Shown here: positions 34,750 to 44,670 of the stretch, piece after piece
Layout of the letters: every line of letters begins with the position of its first letter
Position numbering within the stretch: position 1 is the first letter of the stretch
DNA from: a virus
Direction: 5' to 3' (one strand)
Virus record (IMG/VR): IMGVR_UViG_3300030104_003613
DNA length: 64,000 nt
Notes under the pieces: model-generated
What the model saw: the letters and a program-made list of their open reading frames with translations, nothing else
The model's database searches: none
Told to the model about the DNA's origin: nothing
Made by a program: the position numbers and the translations under genes

Positions 34750-36252
34750 TTAAAAGGTTGTCTGTAAAACTTTGAATGTAGTGGATGATGCCGATGATGG
34801 TGTTGCCAACAATTGGAGAGTTGTTCCACTAATATTCATAGTGAATGATGCCAAACTAGCACCAGTCTTAATCACACCCACCTCTGTTATACTTACAGTA
34901 GTTCCATTATGTACGAAACTTACAGTTGTAAAGTGAGCTGCTGACCCTCTTGTTACCTGAATTTCAAGAACACCTGCTTTATATGTATCTTTCGCCAGAT
35001 TGAGAATAGATGTCTCTGATGTAGAAGTAGTGGTTGTAGATGTGACACTCGCAGCACCAGTCGCAATTAGAGTTCTATCAAGATTAAAAACTGTGGTGGC
35101 AGATGAAGCAGGATAAGCAAGAAGTTCAAGATTAGAACCATTTATCCTAGCAGAGAAGGTTGATAATCCTGGTCCAGTTTGAATCGTGCCAAATTCATTT
35201 ACATAGGCAAGTGAACCATCATGAACAATGTTGACATTGGTAAAATGAACAGCAGTTTCACTAGTTACTTGAACCTTATAAATCGCAGCACTGTAAGTTA
35301 TTTTTGCTATCGAATCAATGCTTACTTGACCAGTAGATGATGTTGTCGTGACACCTGGTGATCCGCTCGATGATCCACTTTGATCGGCAAATCCCAGATT
35401 ACCAGCGCCATCGGTGATCAAGACTTGGTTGGCAGTCCCGTCCGCCTGGGGATATCTCAATCCACTGATCGTAGTTATACCAGTAACTAATAAAGTATCA
35501 GCATTGACATCACCAACAGTAATATTTGGTGTACCAGTAAGTCCCTGAGCATTTGTTGCTGTGGTTGCTGACGTTGCTGTATCAGCATTACCTGTGACAT
35601 CTCCGGTCAGGTCTCCTACAAAACCAGGAGCAGTAACAATACCAGTGAATTTAGCAGCACCATCGGCAAAGATGCTGGCACTGATAGGAGCACTATCAAA
35701 GGTCGGTGTGCCGTTATCATCAAAAGTATCTGATGTATTATCAAAAGATTCTGATGATGGATTTCTTAAAAAGAATCCACCGATAGACGTTGTAACACCT
35801 GTGGCAAATATATTCTTTGCCTGTAAATAATTAACATTCAGTCCATCAGAATGAAGGTCTGAACTACCAACACGAAATCCTTGTGAGTGTAATGTAGCAC
35901 CACCATGGGTAACACCACCACCTACATCAACAGAGGTTTCTGAAACTGTGATACCACTGCCGACTTTTACATTATTATTAGATCCATCAATAACTACACT
36001 GGATGAACCAACAGTCAGTACACCGACGATACTTACATCGCCATCATACTCAATTTGTGTCGCCCCGAAATTCTCTGTCCAGGGGTTGATAATCGAGATC
36101 GTGGTGGCAATACCTACACCACTAGTATCTCTTCTCGTAAAAAGTTTACCATCATAAGTATTCAGAGCTAACTCGCCTAGCTCTAATCCTGACAGCGTGG
36201 GTCGTTTACCAGCGACCGCAGACCGCTTAAACTTAATCTTTGGGTTGGCCAT
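34750..36252 (-). CDS. Fibre protein with Mtd_N-like N-terminus and a duplicated C-terminal domain
   Basis: IKFKRS...GELALNTYDGKLF; G/T-rich shaft; two ~95-aa Y.AA...QVT...HFT...VH.G repeats. Confidence 0.8.
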   Translation of the reverse strand: MANPKIKFKRSAVAGKRPTLSGLELGELALNTYDGKLFTRRDTSGVGIATTISIINPWTENFGATQIEYDGDVSIVGVLTVGSSSVVIDGSNNNVKVGSGITVSETSVDVGGGVTHGGATLHSQGFRVGSSDLHSDGLNVNYLQAKNIFATGVTTSIGGFFLRNPSSESFDNTSDTFDDNGTPTFDSAPISASIFADGAAKFTGIVTAPGFVGDLTGDVTGNADTATSATTATNAQGLTGTPNITVGDVNADTLLVTGITTISGLRYPQADGTANQVLITDGAGNLGFADQSGSSSGSPGVTTTSSTGQVSIDSIAKITYSAAIYKVQVTSETAVHFTNVNIVHDGSLAYVNEFGTIQTGPGLSTFSARINGSNLELLAYPASSATTVFNLDRTLIATGAASVTSTTTTSTSETSILNLAKDTYKAGVLEIQVTRGSAAHFTTVSFVHNGTTVSITEVGVIKTGASLASFTMNISGTTLQLLATPSSASSTTFKVLQTTF

Positions 36253-36260
36253 TACAATCC

Positions 36261-36295
36261 AGGTATATACCTATGAAAATACCGATATATATCGG
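36261..36295. repeat. Two perfect palindromes in the fibre gene leader
   Basis: AGGTATATACCT (36261-36272) and CCGATATATATCGG (36282-36295), between late promoter CATAAATA (36303-36310) and the ATG. Confidence 0.8.
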
Positions 36296-36305
36296 CTAAT
36301 AATAT

Positions 36306-36551
36306 TTATGACCAGTCCTCGGAGTTGGTAGATTTGGTTTTAGCACCAACACCTCGTTTCTTATCTAGATTTTTAATCTGATCTTGATACTCTTGGATAC
36401 TTTTTTCCAACTCCTCAATCTTACTGTTTTGAGCAGTAATGATTTCGTTTTGATAGTTTATCTTTGATTCAAGTACAATGCTTTGAGAGAAATAATCAGT
36501 CACTTTTTTCTGTAATACATTCAAGTAATAGTTTAATTCATTCTGATCCAT
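36306..36551 (-). CDS. Small coiled-coil protein (possible fibre chaperone)
   Basis: 81-aa heptad-rich ORF between two fibre genes. Confidence 0.7.
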   Translation of the reverse strand: MDQNELNYYLNVLQKKVTDYFSQSIVLESKINYQNEIITAQNSKIEELEKSIQEYQDQIKNLDKKRGVGAKTKSTNSEDWS

Positions 36552-36579
36552 AACATAAGAGGTATCATCTCCTTATATA

Positions 36580-39306
36580 TCAGGTGAATGAACCACCATC
36601 CACGGTGATGTTTTCAAGGAATCTTGTAGAACCTGTACAGGAGATAACTTGTGACGATCCAGCACAGTCTCTAATCCAAAGTCCTTTTGCCTCAATGTCC
36701 GCCCAGTGGTTAACAGAGGCAACAGAAGCACCAGCACCAGTAGTATTAACAACAACATCGGTAGCAAAACCGATTCTCATGTCTCCGCCATTCTTTACCT
36801 TAAAGAAGACTGCTGCTTTCTGTGCGTTAGTAGAGTTGATACCAACATGGTTGTAGTACGCAATTATACCAGCATTGGTGTTGGTTACATTAGCAGGTGG
36901 TTGAAGTGAACCATCAGCGAGTCTTTGAAGTCCCAGTTCAACAACAGGAGAAACGATTCTCAAGTCTTCAACATCAATGCTGGTAACAGAACCACCAACC
37001 GCAAGATTACCAGTGATCTCAACGTTACCACCGAATGTACCGTTGCCGGACATTTCCAGTGAGGTGCCTTTAAATTGTGCTGCTGTGGCAACACCTGACA
37101 GATTAGCACTAATGCCTTTTACTTGTCTGATGTGACCTTCATCCCAGTTCAGTGATGTGGCACCTAAATCGCTAGTGCGATCCGCAATTGGCAGAAGATT
37201 AGAATCAAATCTACCAGTAACAGTAACTGTGTCAGTTGACTGATTACCAATGTCAACATTGCCTTGAAGAACAGCGGCACCAGCAGCGGTAAATTGTCCC
37301 TGAACCTCATGATCAGTAGATGTTGTGACCTTACCTGTGCTGTCAGCAATTGTTTGTGCTGCCGTTCCATCTGATGCTCGCAGTGCCCCAACATCAACTG
37401 TGGGAACATTCAGTTCCGTTGTGATGGTTACTGTGGCGGGAAGACCAAATGTTACTGTATTTGTTGACGCATTGACCGCAGTATCAACTTCATTTGTTGT
37501 TCCAGATAAAGTTAAGGTTTGACCTGTCTGGAAGATATCAGTGGTGCCACTATCAGCAGCAACTCCAAAGGTAACTGCAACACCAGAAACACTGCTATCA
37601 ACATAAGTCTTGATCGCTTTGGATGAGGCGACAGTATCATCAGATCCAGATACAGATGAAATATCAGTGTCAACGGATGTAATCGCGGTTCCACTGGTAA
37701 ATGTTAAGTTATCAATGGTCGCATTAGTAGCATCTACCGTGCCAACATTTATTTGGTTGGAACTTGGATTGTAGGTAAGTCCATTGTCTATTCCAAAAGC
37801 TCTACCAACGGAGGTATTAGAACCATCCGTCATGGTGAGAGTAAAATTAGTGTCAGTAGTCGATACGTTGGTAACACTAAGCTTATCAGCAAGATCAGCA
37901 GTGCCTTCCAAATCACCTACAAAAGTTGTAGCTGTTACTGAACTGATACCACTAATATTGGTTGAGTTATCGCCAACAATGTTTCCATTAGCTTTAATAT
38001 TTCCAGCAACAGTCAGAGCATTTGTTGAGGGATTAAATGAAATACCAGCGCCTGTTCTTATACTTTCCTGTGTAGGACTGGTGTTGTTATCAGATACAAA
38101 AGTAATAAAGTGAGTTGAGGCAACATCTGTTTGTCCAACAGCCACGGTAGCAGCAGAAGCACCACCACCAGCTACACTTTCAAGTTCAGTTTCAAGATCT
38201 TGAAGAGCACCTTTTACGGTTTCACTATCAGCAATGATAGAACCTGTAAAGGTTCCAAGGTTAGTGGCATCTCTTGCTACGCCGGATAGGGTTACAAGAT
38301 TCTCGCCTGCTTGACCATCATCAAGGACATCTCTACCATCAACTGTCCCTGTTACGACAATATTACCATTGACTGTTAGGGCAGCACCAACAATGTTTCT
38401 AACAGTGATGTCAGGTGTGCCGGTAAGTCCCTGTGCGTTAGTAGCAAGTGTGGCAGTAGATGCTGTACCAGTTACATCACCGGTAACATTACCAACTACG
38501 TTTCCAGTAAAGCGAGTAGAAACCAGATTACCAGTTGATGGATTGTAATTTAATCCTGTATCAGTTTCAGCACCTTGGGTTCCAGTGGCACCATCAACAA
38601 ATACTGGAAATACTGTTTCGTCTGTGGTATTATTAGCAGTAACCGTAAAGTTAGTAGATGTAGTGGCGGTATCAGCATTACCTGTAACATTACCTGTTAG
38701 GTTGCCAACAAATCCACCACCAGCAGTAATGATACCTGATTGACCAGCATCAATACCACCAAGATTAATGGTAACAGCAGAACCAACAACTACGCTGTCA
38801 AATGAGGAACCTCCGCCTCCACCACCAAGAACATATGACTTAAGTCTTGAAGCAGTTGTCTTTCTGTTTGTACCTGTAGCACCATCATCAACAATAAACA
38901 GGTCGGCATCTACAATCGCCGCACCAATATCCGTGGCACCATCGATATCAATATTGGATACATTGACATCACCGAACGATAGCGTTCCTGATCCGTTCGT
39001 CTGTAGTAACTGATTGGCACTCCCGTCCGTTACAGGGAATGTATATGTTACTGCAGCACCGATAGTCGCGGGTGCTGCTAATTCAATAAACTCGGTTCCG
39101 TTATTAGTTGCTTCAAAAAGTCTTACACCACCACCCTCTGTGGTTGTGTTAATATTGAAAAAGTCTCCATCGCCAATCAGTTGGTTTCCATCCAAAGAAC
39201 CAACAAAAAGTTGATAACGATCAGTTGTAAAACCTGGTTCACCAACAGCAAGTGTTGGAAGATTAGCAAACGCGCCTCTTTTAAACTTAAGGGTTGGTGA
39301 TGCCAT
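36580..39306 (-). CDS. Long fibre protein with Mtd_N-like N-terminus
   Basis: LKFKRG...LAVGEPGFTTD; GNLTGNVTG shaft repeats; ends ITVDGGSFT. Confidence 0.82.
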   Translation of the reverse strand: MASPTLKFKRGAFANLPTLAVGEPGFTTDRYQLFVGSLDGNQLIGDGDFFNINTTTEGGGVRLFEATNNGTEFIELAAPATIGAAVTYTFPVTDGSANQLLQTNGSGTLSFGDVNVSNIDIDGATDIGAAIVDADLFIVDDGATGTNRKTTASRLKSYVLGGGGGGSSFDSVVVGSAVTINLGGIDAGQSGIITAGGGFVGNLTGNVTGNADTATTSTNFTVTANNTTDETVFPVFVDGATGTQGAETDTGLNYNPSTGNLVSTRFTGNVVGNVTGDVTGTASTATLATNAQGLTGTPDITVRNIVGAALTVNGNIVVTGTVDGRDVLDDGQAGENLVTLSGVARDATNLGTFTGSIIADSETVKGALQDLETELESVAGGGASAATVAVGQTDVASTHFITFVSDNNTSPTQESIRTGAGISFNPSTNALTVAGNIKANGNIVGDNSTNISGISSVTATTFVGDLEGTADLADKLSVTNVSTTDTNFTLTMTDGSNTSVGRAFGIDNGLTYNPSSNQINVGTVDATNATIDNLTFTSGTAITSVDTDISSVSGSDDTVASSKAIKTYVDSSVSGVAVTFGVAADSGTTDIFQTGQTLTLSGTTNEVDTAVNASTNTVTFGLPATVTITTELNVPTVDVGALRASDGTAAQTIADSTGKVTTSTDHEVQGQFTAAGAAVLQGNVDIGNQSTDTVTVTGRFDSNLLPIADRTSDLGATSLNWDEGHIRQVKGISANLSGVATAAQFKGTSLEMSGNGTFGGNVEITGNLAVGGSVTSIDVEDLRIVSPVVELGLQRLADGSLQPPANVTNTNAGIIAYYNHVGINSTNAQKAAVFFKVKNGGDMRIGFATDVVVNTTGAGASVASVNHWADIEAKGLWIRDCAGSSQVISCTGSTRFLENITVDGGSFT

Positions 39307-39335
39307 TACTTCAACTTATACCTTCGTAATTGTAT

Positions 39336-40295
39336 TTATGGACTAAATGAACCAAAGTCTTGGTTACCATCTTCGGTGCCATCAGACAAATCAACAACCT
39401 GGAAGGGAGTATCGAATCCCCATTCGGAATCTCCTGCCTTGAAGACGATGAGATCGTTGTTCTGTGGAATGTCTGTAGAGATACTGTATCCAGCAAGGTT
39501 TGTAGTTGCTGCTCCGATTTGACTCGTAGCAATGAACTGACCAGACGTTGAGTCAAACGCTAGAACAGAACCGTTAAGGATAGTGGTAGCAGCAGTACCA
39601 GCGATGGTTTGAAGTGGTCCTAGATCGAGGTCTGCTGCCTTTGGTCTAGGAACCCACTTATTATTTGGATCATCCCAAACAAGAACATAACCACTTTGAA
39701 GTCCGACAATGCTTACATCATCTAAATCTTTGATAAATCCGGCACCACCACCACCAATTGTAGAGGTTTGACGCACTGTTTCGTAGACCATCTTGCGAAG
39801 TTGGTCAATTTCACGCCTCAATCTGTTGACTTCACTGTCTTTTTCATCATCAATTTTCTCTTCTTGAGGCATTTTGTCAAGAATTTCAATGCTTTTCAGC
39901 AAATTATTAGATTTATCTACCTTAACGTCCAAATCATCTCTGATTTTTGCCAAAGTTTCAAGTTCTTCAATCGATTCCTCGACTATTTCTGGTTCAGGAG
40001 CGGGTGCTAGGGGTTCTGGTTCGATGATATTGACAGTTTCAATCTCTAATGGCTTGTAATTGTCCTTCCAATCGGTCGTATCAACCTCTTTTTTGGGTTC
40101 TGAGAACAGAAAACTTTCAAATGCCTTTGCTTCTTGAGATATTTTCTCCTTCTTTTTCTTAAGTTTTGCTTTTTCTTCACTCAAAGACGCAAAAAGGTCT
40201 CCGAGAGACAAATCGCCAATCAGTTCTTGTTGTTTTTCTTGCTTTTTCTTCTTCTCTTCACCAATTAAACTGAAGAAATCTCCTAAATCTTTCAT
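39336..40295 (-). CDS. Coiled-coil protein with fibre-like C-terminus
   Basis: Charged N-terminus, GGGGAG linker, LDDV...GYVLVWD repeats; ends DFGSFSP. Confidence 0.75.
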   Translation of the reverse strand: MKDLGDFFSLIGEEKKKKQEKQQELIGDLSLGDLFASLSEEKAKLKKKKEKISQEAKAFESFLFSEPKKEVDTTDWKDNYKPLEIETVNIIEPEPLAPAPEPEIVEESIEELETLAKIRDDLDVKVDKSNNLLKSIEILDKMPQEEKIDDEKDSEVNRLRREIDQLRKMVYETVRQTSTIGGGGAGFIKDLDDVSIVGLQSGYVLVWDDPNNKWVPRPKAADLDLGPLQTIAGTAATTILNGSVLAFDSTSGQFIATSQIGAATTNLAGYSISTDIPQNNDLIVFKAGDSEWGFDTPFQVVDLSDGTEDGNQDFGSFSP

Positions 40296-40320
40296 TTTAA
40301 AGGTAGATTTTCCATTTTTA

Positions 40321-40746
40321 CTATTTATCCTGCTGTGCCTGCTTTAACATTTTCTGTAAATCAGCAGTTGAACCAACAAATAAAGCATTATTCACTGTTG
40401 TTGGTCCTTTTTGATCCTTCTCTTCATTGACATCCTTCAGTTTCTTTTGAAGATCCATCAATTTGTCAGTCGCATCAGAGACATTTTTGATAAGTTGACC
40501 GGCAACCTCATATGCTCTGGGCATTTCGCTTTCTTGAGCAAGTTCAAGAATGCCATTTATTGCTTCTTGACCTTTTTCAATGATCGAATAGAGATTACCC
40601 CTCGTATATTCGTAGTCTTTACGAATATCTTCAGAGGAAGATTTAATTTGTTCGATTTTACCATCGACTTTTTCTTTTGTAATTTCTGTTGCCTCTACAT
40701 CAAAGGTTTCGTCTAACTTGTCATACTTTTTTGTCATAATAGTCAT
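40321..40746 (-). CDS. gp16: Terminase small subunit
   Basis: DYEYTRGNL, PRAYEVAGQLIK, NNALFVGSTADL. Confidence 0.93.
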   Translation of the reverse strand: MTIMTKKYDKLDETFDVEATEITKEKVDGKIEQIKSSSEDIRKDYEYTRGNLYSIIEKGQEAINGILELAQESEMPRAYEVAGQLIKNVSDATDKLMDLQKKLKDVNEEKDQKGPTTVNNALFVGSTADLQKMLKQAQQDK

Positions 40747-41762
40747 TAGATAAATCCACCATCGAATCCGAAGTTGTCACCTACGTCAATGAATGGAGTG
40801 TCATCAACAGTAATACCATGTACCGCTGCTCCAGAGACGTGTGTTTCTAACGTAGTCTGATCTTTCGCTCTATCGACAGTAATCTTGTTACCACTGACTT
40901 TTCTGACATACATCAGTTCTTCATCAATGTAGATATCAGTTTCTGCTGTAATCTTGGTTCCGTCAACAACAGTGATTACAGTGTCTTCATCAGTGATGTC
41001 TTCTGCCAGGTTGGTAACAACAACACCGTCATAATCTTTAAGTGCTCTGGGTACAACTTTATAGTTGACATCTCTTTCATAAGATGCAGAGGAACCTTTA
41101 ACAATGGATCTAGAACCACCAACGTATCCAATGTTGACCTTATTGATGATACTAGAGGATACATCCTTGACAGGGCCATACATGTAGACTTTAGCAGTAA
41201 ATCTAAATGTATAGACTAGTGCTCGTCTAGTATCAAAATTACCCTCATAATCGTCCTCCATCGAAATGTTATCCAGGACAACAGGGACGTTCATTACTTC
41301 ATTCACACATCCAAGAATTTTGATGGGGATTGTAAAGGATGGTGCGAAATATGGAAGTACTTGTTCAGTAATTTGAAGCATATCATCATTGAGTTTTGTC
41401 ATTGCTGACAATTCAAAGATCATATTGTATGGGACGGGCATGTATGCCCTTTTGGTTTGTGATCCATCTTCACAAGTTGCTACGAAACTTTGGGTTTTGG
41501 ATACCTTTCTCTCTGGATCATAAACGAGATCGATAAATTCAAATGACATCCTAGGAAGTGTCATCTGAACAGGAGTGTTGAGTTTTGGAGTTTGCTCCAG
41601 TCTTGCTAAAAACTTCTGTGTTGGTCCATAAGCAAGAGGAACTTTGATGACACTCCAAGTATCATCATTATCATCTTTATGTTTTATCTGTATATCGTTA
41701 AATAACGATCCAAACGCGATGATGGTGGATCTTAAGATCTCGTTATAAAAATATTCAAACAT
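40746..41762 (-). CDS. gp15: Tail sheath stabiliser / completion protein
   Basis: YFYNEILR, KVPLAYGP, LPRMSFE, PVPYN, EQVLPYF; C-terminal extension. Confidence 0.93.
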   Translation of the reverse strand: MFEYFYNEILRSTIIAFGSLFNDIQIKHKDDNDDTWSVIKVPLAYGPTQKFLARLEQTPKLNTPVQMTLPRMSFEFIDLVYDPERKVSKTQSFVATCEDGSQTKRAYMPVPYNMIFELSAMTKLNDDMLQITEQVLPYFAPSFTIPIKILGCVNEVMNVPVVLDNISMEDDYEGNFDTRRALVYTFRFTAKVYMYGPVKDVSSSIINKVNIGYVGGSRSIVKGSSASYERDVNYKVVPRALKDYDGVVVTNLAEDITDEDTVITVVDGTKITAETDIYIDEELMYVRKVSGNKITVDRAKDQTTLETHVSGAAVHGITVDDTPFIDVGDNFGFDGGFI

Positions 41763-41809
41763 GATCCCCAATCGTATATGAATATACTACTATTTAACCT
41801 TATTAAATG

Positions 41810-43771
41810 TTAAGGCATTCCGAATGGGTTTCTAGTTGTGAAGTCAATGATCGCATCTGCCTCTGCTTCAATGTTATCATTATCGGCAAATGCGGTCACC
41901 TCATCGTATATTCCAACCCTACTAACAATTCCTACCGCTCCTGATTCGGATCCAGTGATTGATTCTCCAGGAACAAAGTCTTTATCTACGATAGCAATCT
42001 CAAGTGTATTTGCTACCGCATTATATTCTTTGACTCTTGCTGTCGCTCCTGATGTTCCGCCCGTTACAATTTCATTGAATATGAATGAACCACTTGTAGT
42101 CGTAACACCAATATATGGGGGTGCTTCAATTACAACATCAGGTGTAAGAACGTACTTGGCACCAGAGTTAGACAGGACAACAGAAGTAACAAATCCTGAT
42201 ACATTAACACTGGTGATACCAGTTGCCCTTACCACACCATCAACCTCTGTGGAGTAATTCTTCTCTGAAAGATCGTTGCTGATGGTAATTGTAGGAGCAA
42301 CCGTATATCCACTACCAGCATTTGTAATGGTGATTCCAGTCACAATGCCACAATTTTGAATACCAACTTCAACGGTTCTTGTGGTGGTAGCAATACCAGT
42401 TGTAGCGTTGTTCATGACAATCAGAGACGATCCAATGCTTGTTACGAAGGTCTCTCTTGGAATGATTTCAACCGATGGTTGTGGGTGATAACCACTCAAT
42501 AGACGAACTCTATCACCTACAATCATGTTTGTTGTAGTGATACCAGTAATGACAGTTGAACCTATGCCAATCGTTCCTGATGTCTCAATGGAATCAAATC
42601 TAATTGTAGAGATGCCAGCGGCAGTAGTGCCAATTCCTGGTGCGCTAAATGTGACAGTGGGTGCCTGCTTATAGAAAACACCACCAGTTGTGCCATGTGG
42701 GAACAAATAAGTAGCAACACCAACACTGATAGTGGCAGCAATAACACTAGATCCTGATCCAACTGGGTGGTCGATAGTTGCTGTTGCGGCAGCACCAACA
42801 TGTTTAGGTGTAGAGATGCCAACGACGGGAGCAGTAAAGTATCCACCACCGCTGTTACCAATAGAGATGGATTGTACGGACGTGGTGGGGACCAGAAGAG
42901 AAGTTCCTGCTGCTCCGCTGCCTTTAGAACTATGGAATGTAACTAATGGTGCTTCTGTGTATCCACATCCAGCATTAGTAAGATTGATAGATATGACTCT
43001 ACCTGTTTGTCCATCACATCCGATATAATCAAAAGACAATGATGCGAATCCAACCGCAGTAGTTCCTCCATCAGGGGCAGATGAGAATGCTACACGGGGT
43101 GGTTCGATATAACCCTTACCCATGTTAGATAGAATGACTTGTCCAACTGAACCACCATCACACATATTAGCGGTTGCTGTTGCTTGCGTTCCTGCACCGA
43201 CTGCTAGGAGTCGAAGTGTGGTGATATGACCAATTTGTTCAATCTCATCATCGATAGTTTCAACACCAGTGTCAATGACTTCATCCTCGTATCTGAACAG
43301 TTCACATCTCAACTGGTAAACGTAGTTCTTTTGAAGTTGATAGAATGGTTGTTCGTGCTCTACATATTTAATTTCAAACAGTCTTTCACCCAGAGGAAAG
43401 TAAATTAAATCTCCTTCTTTAGGTCTAGTCGATAATTCAATATTAGGTAAGTTCTTAATTAATGGTGTAATATAATCTTCAAACCTTTCTCTCGAAACAA
43501 TGAGTGTTAGGTCATCTTTCTCTTGAATACCAAACTTTGAAAGGATGGTTCCCTCACCACCATATCCATCATAACTATCCACATATGCCTCAATAGGATA
43601 GGCATTGTCAAACTCTGATTGGATTACTTCTTTAATTACAGTAAATTTCGTCAGGTATTTGCGAGGCATATAATATACCTCAATACCATACATCTTTATC
43701 TGTTCATTGACCAGGCTTTGAATTAAACTCTGTTCGCCTGATGTCCCGTTTTGGAAAAATGGATTAAGCAT
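41810..43771 (-). CDS. gp14: Neck protein gp14 with a large internal insertion
   Basis: LNPFF...EQIKMYG..VYYMPR, RPKEGDLIYFP, FEIKYVEHEQPFYQL, ends NPFG; central G/T-rich repeats. Confidence 0.9.
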   Translation of the reverse strand: MLNPFFQNGTSGEQSLIQSLVNEQIKMYGIEVYYMPRKYLTKFTVIKEVIQSEFDNAYPIEAYVDSYDGYGGEGTILSKFGIQEKDDLTLIVSRERFEDYITPLIKNLPNIELSTRPKEGDLIYFPLGERLFEIKYVEHEQPFYQLQKNYVYQLRCELFRYEDEVIDTGVETIDDEIEQIGHITTLRLLAVGAGTQATATANMCDGGSVGQVILSNMGKGYIEPPRVAFSSAPDGGTTAVGFASLSFDYIGCDGQTGRVISINLTNAGCGYTEAPLVTFHSSKGSGAAGTSLLVPTTSVQSISIGNSGGGYFTAPVVGISTPKHVGAAATATIDHPVGSGSSVIAATISVGVATYLFPHGTTGGVFYKQAPTVTFSAPGIGTTAAGISTIRFDSIETSGTIGIGSTVITGITTTNMIVGDRVRLLSGYHPQPSVEIIPRETFVTSIGSSLIVMNNATTGIATTTRTVEVGIQNCGIVTGITITNAGSGYTVAPTITISNDLSEKNYSTEVDGVVRATGITSVNVSGFVTSVVLSNSGAKYVLTPDVVIEAPPYIGVTTTSGSFIFNEIVTGGTSGATARVKEYNAVANTLEIAIVDKDFVPGESITGSESGAVGIVSRVGIYDEVTAFADNDNIEAEADAIIDFTTRNPFGMP

Positions 43772-43775
43772 ATCA

Positions 43776-44642
43776 TCAACCAATCAAGTCGAGTGGTGGT
43801 AACTCGTATGTGCTCAACATCTTTGCTTTAAGTTCATCAACCTCTCTTTGCCCGTCATCGTAGATTTGCCTGCCATTAAACTCTACACCACCTGGAAGTT
43901 TTACACCAGTAAACTTCAGAAGGTTTTGACCCCATTGACGCTTGATGAGAGCAGTAAGATACAGTTTTAGGAATGAATCATTCCAGACTCTACTATAATC
44001 ATTACCATCCATCTGTCTCCAACAATCGATAATAATAAATTTATCCTTGCTTATAGTATCAAAGTTTGTATCCAAGTATAGTCTGTCTTGTCTCTGATTA
44101 AATCTAATTTGTTTATGTGTATTGAGCAGGAAGTTCAGAGTTTCTAGATAACTCTTTGCCATTGAATATGATAAGATATCGGTTGTGCCGAAGAAGTAGA
44201 TATCATTCAGAAACAACTGATACTCAAAGTTAAACATGTTAGCAGAATTAGTCTGCGTAGCACTATCGTCCCACTGAAATACTTTATTGATTCCAATAAT
44301 TGATGGCGGAACCTGTATATAATTACTATTTTCGTAAAAAGTAAATGTGGTAGTAGATCCACCCATGGACGCGGTGGCACTTGTAGATGTAATTCCAGGG
44401 GAGGAACCAGCATCAGGTGCCCCAGGTGGACGTGCCTTTGCCCTATCAATATCATCCTGTGTGATTTGATATTTTAGATATACTTGCTCTACACCATCAA
44501 AATGTCTTTCATTGAAATATTGTACCGCGTCGTCTACGAGGTCTTGAAGTTGCTCTTCAGCGACATTAACTTCAACAACCGGAGCACCAAGTTGCCTTAA
44601 GCAATAATCGATAAGTTCTTGTCTGGTGGATGGTTGCGCCAT
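43776..44642 (-). CDS. gp13: Neck protein
   Basis: LIDYCLRQLGAPV, ERHFDG, KRQWGQNLLKF.GVKLPGGV. Confidence 0.95.
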   Translation of the reverse strand: MAQPSTRQELIDYCLRQLGAPVVEVNVAEEQLQDLVDDAVQYFNERHFDGVEQVYLKYQITQDDIDRAKARPPGAPDAGSSPGITSTSATASMGGSTTTFTFYENSNYIQVPPSIIGINKVFQWDDSATQTNSANMFNFEYQLFLNDIYFFGTTDILSYSMAKSYLETLNFLLNTHKQIRFNQRQDRLYLDTNFDTISKDKFIIIDCWRQMDGNDYSRVWNDSFLKLYLTALIKRQWGQNLLKFTGVKLPGGVEFNGRQIYDDGQREVDELKAKMLSTYELPPLDLIG

Positions 44643-44670
44643 TATGAGACATTACTTTTTTACTATTTAG

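Noticed and set aside
34750-39306. Diversity-generating retroelement suggested by Mtd_N-like domains
   Set aside because: No reverse transcriptase and no template/variable repeat pair with adenine-specific differences seen in the window.
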